64,000 nucleotides of DNA from Ruditapes philippinarum (Eukaryota), in NCBI RefSeq assembly GCF_026571515.1, contig NW_026864528.1, positions 1 to 64,000 of the forward strand, read 5' to 3'. Every line of letters starts with the position of its first letter. Position 1 is the first letter of the stretch. Made by a program: the position numbers and the translations under genes. The notes beneath the pieces were generated by a model. That model was given only the letters and a program-made list of their open reading frames with translations. It was not told the DNA's origin and made no database searches. Positions 38,406 to 53,054 of the stretch are shown in pieces.

Positions 38406-41400
38406 ATGCGGAACTCTGACAGAATGAACGCTCCAGCTTCATTGGTAGCAGCCATCTTGTTCACGTGTATTCTTGGCGCATGCGCACAGACACGTGGTCG
38501 TCGCATTATCACGAGAATTCATTCCAATGAGCTCGTGATTCCTTTGCATCACAAGCAAAACGCCATCGACATGAAGACAGGAAAAGCATATGCTCCAAAT
38601 AGTAAATATGATTAATAATATATAATTTGTTTAAAACTGAAACTTTGAAACAGCCCATTCTAGGCTAAGTTAAGAGTATTAATTAAATCTTACTCAAACT
38701 TGTTTATACTGTCCGAGATTGCCGGTTGTCTGGTATATACTTGAGAATCAAGGGCTAATCATTTCCGGTTCTATCACAAATAAGCCTTAAGTATAATTAT
38801 GTTATTATTGAATGTATCATTAAAGGCCCATTAAATGGTGGTAGTATGCACCAGAAATGCTTTTATTTCAAATGTTTTTATTTTTGATGTACGTTAACAG
38901 TTTCAATAATGTTACTCATTGGCCAATTACCTAAATTTTCTTTTTCATCTGTTGCATTTTGGCAATTAGTACATTGACAGTAATTTAGTATTGTGTATGG
39001 AAGTAAAAATACTACTTTGTTTATGTTTTGCTAAATTTATGACAAGTTTGTCGATATTTCCTTCAGGCAACAAGCATCTAACATGCTCTAAAACCATTGT
39101 TTAAACGTAATAAATTTATGTTTGTCCTTTCTTAAGAAGTAAAAATTTATTCGTTTCTTAGGGATAATGTACCTTTAATTCTTCGTATATGAAATATCTA
39201 CTTTTGTTAATTTCAAGAATACACGTGACACGTGTTGTTAATAAAAAGACTGTTTTATGCACATACTAATAATAATATATATGTCAAACTTAGCAGTTCT
39301 CATAGTTTTGTTTACATTCCATTACCGAAAGGCCGAAACTGTTCAATCTTAAAATATCTATATTAGTTCGATTGCAAAACAAGTTCTTCCAACAGTTACT
39401 TATATAAATCCGAAACTACATGAGCTTTTCCCCCAAAAAAATTAAAAAAGGAATTATACATTGTGTACATGTATATGTATATATGTGTATACATTTCTGT
39501 TTTATTGTGTAAAGAAGCGTTATTTTATGCACATTATTCACGACATTTGACGTTTTAACGAGACACTGATTCATTTAAGGCTGTCACGATATAATGAAAA
39601 TATAATGTAGTTTTGAATACTGCAGTCATGTTTATATACATCCATATGCTTATATTCATTTAAACTTGAACTCTTAAAACAGTTTCGTATTTTACGACAT
39701 GGTTGAGTTGGTTTTAGATAACCTTTACCAGGCTAAATATCTTTATTTGGACGTGTCCATTAATCAAATATAAGGAATTATTTAAAATTAAGTATTGGTT
39801 GTGTAGCGAACAGTGCAGACCACGAAGAAGATATGTCAGTTAATATTTGTCTGCAATTGTCACATGGCTTGAATTTGTTGGCGACAGTAGCCTTAACGTT
39901 AATATGATGATTATGAAGACGACGACGATGATTATGATGATGAGGGTGATTATGGTGGTGATGGTGGTTGTTGTGATGATGATAATGATGATGATGATGC
40001 TGATGAAGGTGGTGGTGATTATGATTATAATGATGATGGTGATGATGATGATGATGGTGGTTGTTATAATGTTGATGATGTAGGTGANNNNNNNNNNNNN
40101 NNNNNNNNNNNNNNNNNNNNNNNNNNNNNNNNNNNNNNNNNNNNNNNNNNNNNNNNNNNNNNNNNNNNNNNNNNNNNNNNNNNNNNNNNNNNNNNNNNNN
40201 NNNNNNNNNNNNNNNNNNNNNNNNNNNNNNNNNNNNNNNNNNNNNNNNNNNNNNNNNNNNNNNNCGGTGGTGGTTGTGGTGGTGGTGATAAACTGGTAAC
40301 GAAACAACGATGACGATTTGAATGACAATAATGATGATCTAGATAATGTTAAATGTGATCATATTAATTCCAAAGATGACCGAGAAGATAATCATGATAC
40401 CGACCTTGATGATCAAGTTCATGGCATTCATGTTCTTGATCAGGACGATCATGGCATTGATCAAGATAATGGTAAATATTATGATTATGAAAATGCTTAA
40501 TTTAAGTAGACTTTTAACGACGATGGTTGTTTTTGATTTAAATGATTGTGGTATATTAAATTTTGCATTCGTAACGCTTATTGATACAGGTTGCGGAACA
40601 GGCTGTCCTCCGCAGTGGGTCGATGTTGTACACAGCATGGCTGGTCTCGTCCCGAATGTATCCGAACCCATGTGTGAGTTTGCCGACAAGTTTTCGCCAT
40701 GCTACCACGAGGGAGATGTCTGTCCTAAAAATCTTGTAGAATTCACGTGCTGTCCGTCCAGATGTATGCCTTCTGTAGACGCATGTTACCATGGCAACCC
40801 GCCGGAGTTTCTTTGTGTGCCTAAATCTATACAGCGTACGTATTGTTTGAATTACATGAATCGTGTCCGTCGCCATTTTGTCTAGATCTTAATGACTTTT
40901 GTTTCATTCCGGTTGTCAAAATTGTTATACAGACAAATTAGGTTCGTTTGATGTCGCTGTTAGTATGTCATGAATCATCTTTCAAAACTATCTCGATTGT
41001 TTACCTTGAGTCAGCATTCACGCGACGTTTGATTAACGTTGTTTATACGTTGGAACCAAGCGTAGGATTAAGTAGGAATTTAGAACAGTCAGTTACTGTT
41101 CCAAAGATTGTGATATTCAAAAGCTTAATATACGTATAGTTTGCGAGGCCAGGCTGCTGTTCTAGTTTCCTGGCTTGGTCAAACACATGTATAATGATGG
41201 AATAGGCAAACAAATAGTTCAATTTTAAGTTTAGCCGAAAATCTAGGCCATATGACATTTTTGCCATTTTATAGCTTTACTGGCGAAAGAAAAGGATTGT
41301 AGGCTAGTTTGAAAGCGTCCTCACATGTATGTATCCAATATGACTAAATATCAGATCGTTTTAGGTTATTTCTTGCGCGTAGCTAAATTAGGAGCTGATC

Positions 41401-41603
41401 TTAAACAGACTGGTATGTATCCAAAATTTCTGGTGGGTTTCAGATCTGCACAAGAGAAAAGCCTGTGATTTGAAGTAAAGAAGGCGGTGTCGGAAAATTA
41501 TTTTAATTACGTGTATGTTAATTTCGTTTTTTCTACAATTTCAGCATGGTTGGGGACAATCTTCCGACTCAACATCTGGGATCCAAATCAGCACTATCAG
41601 TGA
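38406..41603 (+). CDS. Secreted 10-cysteine protein, paralogue 1; join(38406..38601, 40590..40835, 41545..41603), 166 aa
   Basis: Signal-peptide-like MNAPASLVAAILFTCILGACAQ. All introns phase 1 (196+246+59=501 nt). Core CGTGCPPQW..MCEFA..C..C..FTCCPSRC..ACY..LCVPKSIQPW. AATAAA at 41686. Confidence 0.75.
39900..40500. repeat. (GAT/GGT)n trinucleotide tract containing an N gap at 40088-40263
   Basis: Read directly; lies in intron 1 of paralogue 1. Confidence 0.9.
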
Positions 41604-41974
41604 GCAAACGACACATAAAAAGCAAAACAACAAAATATCACATCATTTGTAATATTTGTATTCATTTGTTGTCTGTCTCGAGTTCAATAAAATGTGGGGA
41701 AAATGTTTAAATTTCTAAACTTTTATTATCTCAATTCCAACGCAGTGATCTCCCCTTTATTTTTCAAATTTTGATTTTTGATTTTCTTCCACTTTCATAG
41801 ACCCTTATTATTTCGGCAAAAGGATGTATACAATGAAAATTATTTTTTTTTGATCGAGTATTTAAATATGCTTTATATATATAAAGGACCAGCTGTGATG
41901 AAATCGACTTGTCGATATAAGTTGTAAAACCAAAAAAACCCTAAATACTGGAGTAAGCCCTTATTTTGTCTTCG

Positions 41975-42163
41975 ATGGCGACTTGATAACTTTACTGGTG
42001 GCAGACGGCCTCATGTGCCCTTCTGTGCATTTTTTCCGGCAAAGGATTTCGTGAGCAAGCTGGATGGGAAAATCTAAACTCCCTGGTAGAATTTGAACAC
42101 ACAGCAGTGAGGGGTAATTGGTTTGAAGTTAACTGCCTTAACTTCTCAGCTACGGACGCCCCT
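41975..42163 (-). mobile_element. SINE, degraded
   Basis: Reverse match to SINE head and body; a further fragment lies at ~42720-42790. Confidence 0.6.
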
Positions 42164-45100
42164 TTTCGTACGTGTGCACAACAAAGTCAACATATATATA
42201 CAACTCCATATCATGGCATGAAGTCGGATTCGACACCACAAAAAAAATGGGGAAAATCAACTTGGTCAACAAATCTGAAACTCTTTGTGATGCATGCATC
42301 TTCTTTCAATTGACTTGATTGACATTAATAGAAAGCAATAAATATAATCAAATCATAGCATAAAAATTGCGGAATCATACTAAAATAACTGAAGTAGTGC
42401 CATATATAATCACCTTATGTCAGAGGTCTATTGCGAAGTATAATAGCTGAGGAAATCAAATTGCCAGGCAAGTGGTCACACATAGGGCGAATTCAATTTT
42501 AATGCTTATTGGCGTTATTTTTTGTTGTTTTATTTTTCTCTTTTTTCTCTTTAGTTAAAGTTATGAACTTAAATGATCAATTAGACAGATCCAGCATTTT
42601 TTTGTCAATGTTAATTTAATGCATTGCGCCACGCCCTACAAACACCCGCTTTACCCACTTTATGATAACGGTGTAAAACGATCGATATGTGCCATAAAAA
42701 AGTTCACCTCCGAGTGAATCAAGGTTCCTTAAGCTACCTGGAAAGCTTCCCCACCTGAAAGAATCCGAAGTCTCCGACAAGGCGACGAGGAGTCAATAAC
42801 CTTACTACACAGCCGAAATCGCCCTAAAAGTTAAACACTTAGCTTCACATCGCCTACAAGTTCTGAGCCCATCTTCGGTTAACATAATTATGCAACTCTC
42901 ACAAACTTCTGCCCGGTCACAGTTGGGTTTGGTTCGAGATAGGACCGCATTGGCAAGTGTGTCAAATGCATTATACTTTAACATTTTGCAGATTGATGAC
43001 TCACAAAAAATATAAAGCACTCTATAAAGTACTTTTAAACCAATCCCTTCCCACCCGCCCCATCCCCAACCCCTAACCCCCCCCCCCCCTCGAAGAAAAA
43101 AATAAAATAATATAGATAAATACATAAGAGAAAATAAAAACATATTTATACATGAAACACTTTAGTTTGTATGGTATAATCATAACATTAATGAAATTTT
43201 CTTGTAATTGGGTTATTGTCATATATTTGTTCAAGAAGGGCACGAGCACTTTCACGTTTTAATGGTTTGTTTTATTGATGCATAAATGCAAGGTGATATC
43301 AATGTGATCGAGGTGATATCAATCATTACATTTGAGCTGCATTAATTATCTTATGATTAGACAAAATATTTGCATCCTATTCATCAACAGCTTGCAAAAA
43401 ATCGGCAGATTTCGCCAACTTCCGTAAAGACAGGTGTCGCCAAAATCTCGCCTTGACCTATAGACGATTACTGAATTTTAAAAGACACCGGAAGGACGAA
43501 ATAAATATAATTTCCATAATTAAGAAAAGGATATATCAATGTCATTTCACAGAATTTCGAATGTTCTGTTTTCCCTTCGTCCGGTGTTAAAGCAATTACT
43601 GAATACAAAACGATTCTATATCAAAGAATAAAAATGTCGGTTATACTTCACGTAATGCGACTTTGCAATATCAAGGCATGGCGTTAATGCACCACCATAC
43701 AAAGATTGGCGACATTTTCTGACTCATTGTATTTAAACAAAATAACAAAACATACAATACATATATATAAAACGTCTTTGCTACAAAGAATATTAATTAC
43801 AGGTTTGTATTTTATTGCTGTTTCCTGGAATAAATGTTGATATTAAATGCACCGCTAGATACGATTTATTTTTGTCATTTAGCTTCATTTTATGCATGTA
43901 CGTTCGTCTTCTGTCTTACCTTGTAGCTTGTTTGTTTAAACAACCCAATGTCATTGTCTTGCATTATTCGAACCCACAGTTTAAGGACCGAGAGATTCAT
44001 GATTTGCACATTTTAAGGACATTCGGCCATCGAAGCCCTTATGTCGAAATTTGTTTTAAAGTTGTAACACTATGTGGAGGCGTTTGCTTAATAGTTTTGG
44101 TGTGTGCCAATCTAACCCTGGTGTAAAAGGTTCGAGCTCGACCAGGTACGCCACTATGCTTCTTCGCGCGTGTCACCAGCTGTGGTGAGCTCACGAAGCG
44201 AACTTGAACTTGTTTTCACAATGAAACTTCATATAATGACAATTCCTTGTTTCTATGCTCGAATCTACAATTTCCGTTTCTTTATACATGTTATCGGTAC
44301 TTTAACAAATATATGTATTCTATGTAGCAACAATTTAGCGCGTATAAAACTGTCCTTATTTAGCATTCACATATAAATCTTACAAAAGTTATGCTTTCAA
44401 AGACATATAGTCATTTCATAACACTATACATTGTAGAATGACATCAACAACTTTTTCTGGAAGCAAATGCAATGTTTCCTTTCAAATTAGAAAACAGGCA
44501 TAATGAATACAAAAAAATACGTTATGTGAATGAAAAGGTCACAGTGTACCATGTGTAATTGGGGTTTTTTAGAATGCAAGACGTCGACACAAGGCCGCTA
44601 GCAAAGTGCCAAATTACCTTTAAACAAATCCGCGTGTTGTAGTCTTTTTGTTTACGTATTGTTGTTTTTTATTTATCAGTTTATTGTCTTTTAGTTAACG
44701 TATTGTCGTCTTCTCTTTAACGTGTTTTCGTCTGTTACGTTAACGACATTTGGCTTGTTATATAAGTTTTTACATCGCCTACTTTGTTGTTTCCAACACT
44801 GATTTTTATTACTTTGTTTTTTTTCCGTCCTATTTTATAACAGCGGCAATCCGTAAAACAAGGTAAAATTCACAATAAGACACAATACATATTACACCCA
44901 TCACCTTTAACGCTTGTAACTCATAAACAAAATTACTCAGTAACAGGTGTTTGAAATTGACGTTCCGCAGGACAACGTAATAACGTTTGTTTTTTAACGT
45001 TTGAAACAAATACATTCTTGTTCATGACTTAAGACGCGTCAAAATGCATATTGCAACACTTTAAATAGCTCTGATTATAATGTTTGAAGGTAAAAAGAAC

Positions 45101-46786
45101 ATTGGATCGTGAAGCCTCGGGCTGACAAATATGCTTTGAACATGACAGAATAGTCAATAAAAGTGACGTGTTTTACGACGGCTTTATTGTTATTAAAATA
45201 ATATACTTCTTCATAAACATGAAAGCTTATTGTATATTGTCTCATTGCGGTTTCTCTAGGTTTCCCAATTGAGGCTCTTCTTTAGTGTGACGCTTTGTTG
45301 TATGTATATTTGTATGTGGTCTATGTTTAACGAGGGTCCATCCGCCCATTCGCTGTCGAGTATGGACCCCAGACATGTCACCAGCCATGCCCTTAAAGAG
45401 TTATTTTTGAAGCATAAAGTGGTGATAATTTACCTCTATGCAATTTTAACGGAGTATTAGCCAAAGATATGAATTTTGAGCCAAAGTAAGTCACTGTACG
45501 GCGGTCAATGAGAACCTAAATGTACAGTAAAAATACAGAGACAATAATGAAAGGGGGTAGCCCTTAAAAGGGTCTGCCTTACAAGCCGCCATTCGTACTA
45601 GGGGCTAACACACCCAAGTTCACCATCCTCGTCGACTCTGACTACTTTGTAGGGCCACTCCCCTCGCCGTCAGTCAGGATACTGGCAGTTAACGTCATGC
45701 AAGCTAAGTTGTGACGTGCCGTATCTGTAGAAAACATACGAACTTGCCGTTTTTCACGTAGCATTGGTTCTTCAATAATCTGCTGATGCCCTGTGCCTTC
45801 TCAACGACGTCCACGTGTCGAGAGAAAGAGAAAAGTGTGACGCCTTATCTATAGATTATGACGCAAATAGCGGAATTCCGAGACGTATTGTAGTATGACA
45901 TATTACGTCGTTGTTTGAAATAGCTACTGAAGATTCTTACTGGTTTTGACCAATGATAAGTCTTATTTATAATAGTATTAAAACAATTTTTAATTTTGAA
46001 AATGACGCTTTTGTAAGCCATTATACAGTATTTACAACGTTATATCAGAAATAAAAAAAAATCGATCATGTTAAAAGTTTGTTACGTCAATAACTTTTAT
46101 CAAATCAAATTTATAAAGTAATCTCTCTTTCCGTAAATTTACGAATAATCGTCAATTATTATCAGCGGTGTAATTTTTTTTTATCCTTGCAACATTTTCG
46201 TTAAACTTCTGTAATAACCGGCGTTATTTGTATAAGACGTCAAATTCCAGGTATATGCACAAAACTGGCCTTGGTATAAAGCTATTTACTATCACGTGAT
46301 TGGTCTGGTATTCGATTTTAATATGCGAATTTATCGACTATGATATTTAATAAACAAGTTGGGTAATTCTTTTATTCATTCATATTTTCTAAAACGTCAA
46401 AGATGGCATTGAGCGTGAAGCAAACGATAAGTAAAAAGAAACAGAGTGCCTAAAGAAAGCTTTAAAAATCTTGCCGCCTCGGTTTAATTGATCTTGTTCA
46501 TGGACGGTGAAGATAAGTGCAAGCTCCCAACACCGACCAAAGCAGTTTATAACACTTATATAGTTTTTAATACACGACAACGGTGAAAATTTGAATTAAG
46601 ACACCGTCCGTCGATCTTGCGCTGACAAAACCACATAGCTAGACGGACGGGCCTCCAAGTTTACGACATTTATAATAAAGAGAGTGTAAGTGATAGGCAC
46701 AGGACGATTGTAATTGTTAAAGTGTGTTTATCATTGGTCATTATTACGCTGACAATACACTGACAATATCACACGCAGGATTATTC

Positions 46787-49700
46787 ATGGAGATCTCACT
46801 GAAATATTCACATTGGATAACTTTGTTATCGTTCGTTTGCTTGTGCGTCCGTCTGAGCGTTTGCCAAGCCCCGCCATCGCCTTCACAGAATTCACAGAAC
46901 AACTCTAACCAACCAAGTATGTATTTTGATTGATTTAAAGGCGCATTATGCCTCAGAAACAAATAAATTTTTTACATCTTTAGAAAGAGCAAACATGAAT
47001 TTTATAATGTTTAAATAATGGTTTTAGAGAATGTTAGATACTTGCTACCTGATGAAAGCAGCAATAAATGGGCAATAAGTTGTCATAAAAAAGAGCAAAA
47101 TGTAAACAAAGTGATATTTTGACTTTCATACAAAATACTTATTCACTATAATTGAAATTATTGTGAATGCAACATATCAAAAAGATTAAGTAATTGGCCA
47201 ATAAGTAATTTTTTGGATACTATAAAAGTACACCAACATTAAAAACATTTTAAGAAATAAAAACGAATGCATTTCTGATGCATAATGGGCCTTTAAAGAT
47301 AAAGAGGACGTGGAAAATATGCTCATATACAAGAACACTAAAAATATTTCTTTTACATTATTTCTCTACTGTGAGTTATACGTATAAAAAAATGTAAATC
47401 GTTGATCATAATGTACAGGAAGAATGAAAAAATGACTGTATGAGGACAGGTGTTTAAAGCTGCATGCCTCCAGATGAACCAGAATAATTTAAGACAATTA
47501 AAACTTTGGAAAGCTTACTAAGATTGTTTACGAATGGTAAAAAGATTCAAGATTCAAGAAATGATACCTTATATGCTATAAATAACTGATTTTGCAGCTT
47601 TTATCACCTTATTTCTTCTGCGTTACAAACGCAGGTAAGGATATTTATGCATATTTTTACCGCTTTTTGGTAATTTACGTGGATTGTAAATACAGTTTTC
47701 AATGTGTAAATTACTTTGTTTGTTCATTTCATAATATCTGTCTTTTAAATACATTTTCAAAATGTTCATGAAAAAAAGGATAAATGTGGCGGCGTGCTTT
47801 AAATGTTTGTTATTATCTTAAGACATTTTGTATTTTTGTTTTGTTGTTTTTAGGTGCTTGCGGAAACTGCAGGCCGGCTTGGATCACCCAATTAGATGGC
47901 TTTAAATCTATTATAATTGTGAGTAAATTTACACCTTCTATAAATAAAAAAACCAGCGAACAAAATATGCCACTGTCTGAAACGAATTTGTCTTGAAAGC
48001 TTGTGTTTGGCAGACAAAATTACGATAAAAAAAGTAGTCTGTAAGCCAAAAGTGGAGCCCAGTCTGACTGTGTGGATGTGCAGGCTGGTCGGACTCTATA
48101 CTGGTTGCAACAGATATTCCAGCACGGTACACGTTTAAAGCGGCACTCATCTTTCATTTTCTGTTGGAAAAACAATTCTGTGTTGTTTCAAACTAATTAT
48201 TTCGGTAATTTTATCATAGAAAATGTGCATCGTATCACTGTCAGCCTTCTTCAGACGCTACATGAGCCGCGTCACGACAAAACCAACATAGTGCGTATGC
48301 GAACAGCATGGATCCTGATCAGACTGCGCATCCGCACAGTCTGATCAGGATCCATGCTGTTTGCTATCCCTTTTTTACTTGCTATAGGGTTTGTAAGCGA
48401 ACAGCATTGATCCTGATCAGACTGCGCGGATGTGCAGGCTGGTCTAGATCCATGCTGGTCGAAAACCCATTATGTTGGTTTTGTCGTGACGCGGCTCACA
48501 TGTATTTATAACGAGTAAGTGCTTTATTTTGTATTTCCAGCTCCTAGCTGGAAATACAAAATATATGTATTCTGTATGGCACACAGCAGATATAGCAGAT
48601 AAATGTAAGTATTTTGTATGAAATACAAAATGTACGTATTTTGTATGGCAAACAAAATACCCCTAAAATCTTCTCTTTTATTATAGGTTCGGTATATATT
48701 GCCATCGCCATTTACTATGCATTGATAGACAGATATTTTAGTCTGAATAGTCAGTGTGCAGCATTTGTTAATTATATCTCTTTACAAAATTAAGTAACAC
48801 AATTCAAGAAATTAGACCTGTTGATGAAGACTGTTTGTGGGCTTATTTTTATTTCCTCAATTTCGCCTCTGTTAGAGTTTTTATTGAGTGTCAAGACAGT
48901 CAATGACCCTGATTTATTTGACCTATAAAAGGAGTAAAGGGAGACAACTATAGACTGTTTCTTAATAAACAAGGGAAGTAATACCCGCCTTCTTGAAAAT
49001 GTCATTCACATGATTTGTTTCTCTTTATTTAGCTGAGCAATAGAATGAAAAGTATCTGTAAATTTGCATTAGACAAAAACGTGGTGAATGTGTGTAGAAA
49101 TAACAACTGTAATCACATGGGTGGAGCAAATTTCTGTTGCTGTCCAATGGAAAAATTATCCTTAGTAAATGAGTGCTTCAGCAAGACTACAACAACCGCC
49201 TGTGTACCAAATGATATCAAACGTAAGTGAAATATATAGTTTATTTTATGTCAATTATTATATATTAACCTTCGTCAATTGTGTAATAGATGTGCATAGC
49301 TTTGACTTTGGAATAGGCAATTCAATGTTTAAGTGACTACAAAACTTGAGCTATTAATAGTATGGAACATGCTACGACTGCGCATGCGTACAGACTCGCC
49401 CGGAAGATAATGATTTAATTAAATTCAGTTGTCCAAATCAAAATTTTAGTTAGATTTTGTTTTAGAATAATTGCCAATGTATGATGAATTACTAAATTAT
49501 TAACTGACTGTTCTGGACAGTTATANNNNNNNNNNNNNNNNNNNNNNNNNNNNNNNNNNNNNNNNNNNNNNNNNNNNNNNNNNNNNNNNNNNNNNNNNNN
49601 NNNNNNNNNNNNNNNNNNNNNNNNNNNNNNNNNNNNNNNNNNNNNNNNNNNNNNNNNNNNNNNNNNNNNNNNNNNNNNNNNNNNNNNNCCAACATAATGG

Positions 49701-51211
49701 GTTTGCGCAGTCTGATCAGGATCCATGCTGTTCGCTTACCAACCCTATTACAAATAGAGAAACTGATAGCGAACAGCATGGATCCTGATCAGACTGCGCG
49801 GATGCGCAGGCTGGTCTGGATCCACGTTGGTCGCAAACGCACTATTTTGGTTTTTGTCATGACACGGCTCATATAACACTTAAGGAAAATAACCAGTATT
49901 GCAAAGCCTTAATCTCCACAGGACGCTATTGGTTTTAATCTCGGCTAATGCTTTTTGCTTCGTTCATTAAACAGAACTATCCAGCAAGCTACATGTAGCT
50001 CGCTCCATATCATTTTTATTTATTTATTTTTGTGGTTGGGGTTATCGCTATGCATATAACTGATTTCATAAAACAGGTAGCACGCATCAATGCATTTACA
50101 ATATGACATTATACACGTATGAGCACAACTATAGCTAGGTCTGGCTACTGACATTGAAAAAAAAATGGTTTTGCTCTTAAAAGTTCCGTATATTTCTCAA
50201 ACTGTTCGACTCGTAAACGCCGTTCTCCCACGCACTGATGTCCCCTTACAGGATAAGATATCTACCATCACAACATCTATTTTTAAAAAAAGTAAACACT
50301 TTTTTGTTAATGTTTCAAGACCGTAAGAAGTTAGAGGTGAACTTGTGGCCGAGTGGTTTAGGTCGTTACCTTCAAACCACTTGTCCTCACCGCTGTGGGT
50401 TCGAATCCCTCCAGGGAGTTTGGACTCTTTCGTGTGTGGAAGCTTTCCAGCTAGCTTACGGAACGGCGGTGGTTCTGCTAAACTGAAATAATGCACGAAA
50501 GGGCATCTTAGGTCTTCACCCACCAGTAAAGCTGGAACGTCGCCATATGACCTATACTGTGTCGTAAAACTCAATCAAATAAACGGACAAAACCGGGGAA
50601 AAATCTTAAGTACTAGACGCATTCTTAAAAGCTGTAGACTCTTTATATGATGAATGATAATACTTATAAAATGACACTTTTTATTAAATTTTACAGGTTG
50701 GCAAGATGGATTTCAACAGGCTTTCTTCGGTACGTGGATGCATTTTATTTACTCTGTTGGTTTAGTTTTGTTTTCATATTTTTTGTTTCGTATTTATACT
50801 CAAAAGAACACTGCATTCTAAATATTGTTTGTTAAAGGCATAGAAACGAATAAATTTTTGCTTCTTTAGAAAGGACAAACAAAAGTAAACGGACTAATTA
50901 AATGCAATGTTTGCCTTGTGTACCTCACACAGCAATGTCTTACTTGTAAAAGAGAGACTGTTCCAAGGGCATGTATAGCACATTACATTTAATAAAAGTA
51001 TGTAGTGTCCCATTAGTAGGTCAATAGATGTCCCTCCCACCAACACAGGAAAAAAATGACCACCATTAAAGTATATTGTCTTTTAGTAGTTAGTTTCCTC
51101 CATAGCATTACAAATTCTAATAAATATACATTTACCGTGTTTATGACGACAAGAGTTATTTCCCTTGTCAGCATTCACCTTGTAAATTCATTTGCAGACG
51201 ACTACGAATGA
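46787..51211 (+). CDS. Secreted 10-cysteine protein, paralogue 2; join(46787..46916, 47854..47918, 49033..49222, 50697..50729, 51198..51211)
   Basis: Signal-peptide-like MEISLKYSHWITLLSFVCLCVRLSVCQ. Phase-compatible GT-AG junctions. Core CGNCRPAW..ICKFA..C..C..FCCCP..ECF..ACVPNDIKRW aligns with paralogue 1. AATAAA at 51353. The last exon is the least certain. Confidence 0.72.
46939..47292. mobile_element. TTAA element, family AGGC.CATTATG
   Basis: TTAA|AGGCGCATTATGCCTCAGAAA...TTTCTGATGCATAATGGGCCT|TTAA. Confidence 0.78.
48263..48498. mobile_element. Palindromic MITE, same family
   Basis: Full-length match to 10941-11177. Confidence 0.88.
49526..49688. other. Assembly gap (N run)
   Basis: Run of N. 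Confidence 0.99.
49689..49871. mobile_element. Palindromic MITE, partial, abuts N gap
   Basis: Right arm matches the family. Confidence 0.8.
50336..50585 (+). mobile_element. tRNA-derived SINE, best-preserved copy
   Basis: A-box GTGGCCGAGTGG, B-box GGTTCGAATCC, body ccagctagcttacgga, 3' part aagctggaacgtcgccatatgacc, A-rich tail. Confidence 0.85.
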
Positions 51212-53054
51212 TGACAGCATTTCTATTACATAATGTGGGTCTGTCAATAGGGTTGTAAAATCTACATTTGTGTATCAATTAAAGATATACTATGAGCAAA
51301 TTTCTTATTAGAAAATATTGATAATAGCTATACACTGTCTTTGTAAAACTAAAATAAACATGTTTTATTACACATGAAGCAGATGTTTTTAAGACTCTAC
51401 TCACTGCAGCTGGTCACAATTTGAATATATAGTGTCAATTAAAAAACTGGTAGTTTTTTTTTTCAGAAAGAGCCAATTTTACTTGACCCATAGGGAACGC
51501 AGCTTCCCATACGTAGATTTTTCATTCTTTAATTCAAATTAGATATGCTCAGTAAGAATTTAATGATATACAATAAATTTCAATGATTAAAATAGTTTAC
51601 TTAATGATGAGCATAATATATCTTTAACAAACATAATTTGGGATTTAGGAATGAAACATTTTACCAATAAGTATCAATTACAATCACATACTGCATCCGG
51701 ATCAATGGAGGATGATTGTTAATATAGATCCATTATTAAGGTTGTCATTGCCCCCCCCCCCCCCCCCCTCTCGCATGAATCCAACAAACCTAAATTTCCG
51801 TAGTTGGTCAGTGTCAATGTGTATTATTAAAGTAAGATAATTTTTTTCTACCAGATGTATATTTTTGACTTTTCTGTTTTCCACTAAAGAAAGTATATTA
51901 TTTCCATCTTTTCGTTTCAGGTGGGCCTCAGAACGGTTGATTGGTTTTAAACATTCATCCTGGTCACCGGAAAGCTTTACCAAACCAAACGCCCAATGAC
52001 TTCAGTGATAATCTCCCTTTGCAAGATATGCTTACATACAATTTTTAATCGTCGCAATGCCGGACAGCTCTCTCGAGATAAAATGAAATATCTTCAACGT
52101 TAAGAAACATTATTTTGATTGAGCAATGAAAGGTTGTTGGCTTCTTGCTTATTTACACATCATTTACATATCATTAACATATCATTTGCATATAATTTTA
52201 CATTGTTAACATTTTTTACGCATTCATAGCGTAAAATAATATTTCTTAACTTGAATTCGTGCGACAAAATCGTTCTGTCTTTCTAGTAATTTGTATTATA
52301 TTATTGTTGTGTATGATGCTTTATGCAGGTTTTAATGCGAAATTACAATGTAATAAATAAAACCTTTGCTTAAATTTATAAAACCTTTGCTTAAATTTAT
52401 ATACCGATTTTCTGATTTTTATTTGTTTGGGTCGTCAGACCAAACAAATAATGGTAGCGAAATTTCAGACCCTGATGCTGTTAATTGCAAATGTCGAAAG
52501 TAGTCCGCTTTTTGAAGCGGTTACTTCCTTTTATATGTACACTAACGCCAAAAAATTCAGGGAGATCACTGCGTAAAGATGGTTAAATGACAGGCGCATT
52601 AATTTTCAAGCAAAATAGTTCCTGAATGGTCGAAGATTTCTAATATTGTTTTATTCTTTATAGATATTCGTGCATATAGTAAGCTCCATGATTATTTACA
52701 TCTGTGTTAAACGAAATAATAAGGGTTACTAACCCTAATTTAGAATAGTATGGTTTTCTTCATCGTAGGCGAAGGTTTTGCGCGCTCGATTAGGAAGCAA
52801 GAAGTCTGGAGTTCAAATCCCAGTTAAGGCAACTCATTTTTTTTTTCAAATTGTTTAAGTCAAATAAACATTGAATTGGATATCAGTGTTGCAATTAGTA
52901 TTATAGCCAATTTACTACAATTAAAACACTGGAAAGAATTGGTGGCACTATACAAAAACAAATTGGTTTATAATCTCACAACCTTCACCTTTCTGACATT
53001 CAAAGACCCAAACAAATTCAGTGCCTTCTGTGCTTTGATTATACATTTATATAA

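Noticed and set aside
40318-40500. Asp-rich ORF resembling an acidic shell protein
   Set aside because: A degenerate GAT tract beside a gap, starting at TTG, with no compatible splice sites found.
45540-45900. GC-richer island that looked like an exon or retroelement
   Set aside because: No long frame, recognisable motif or paired splice sites found.
50197-50574. 125-aa ORF
   Set aside because: Antisense translation of a SINE.
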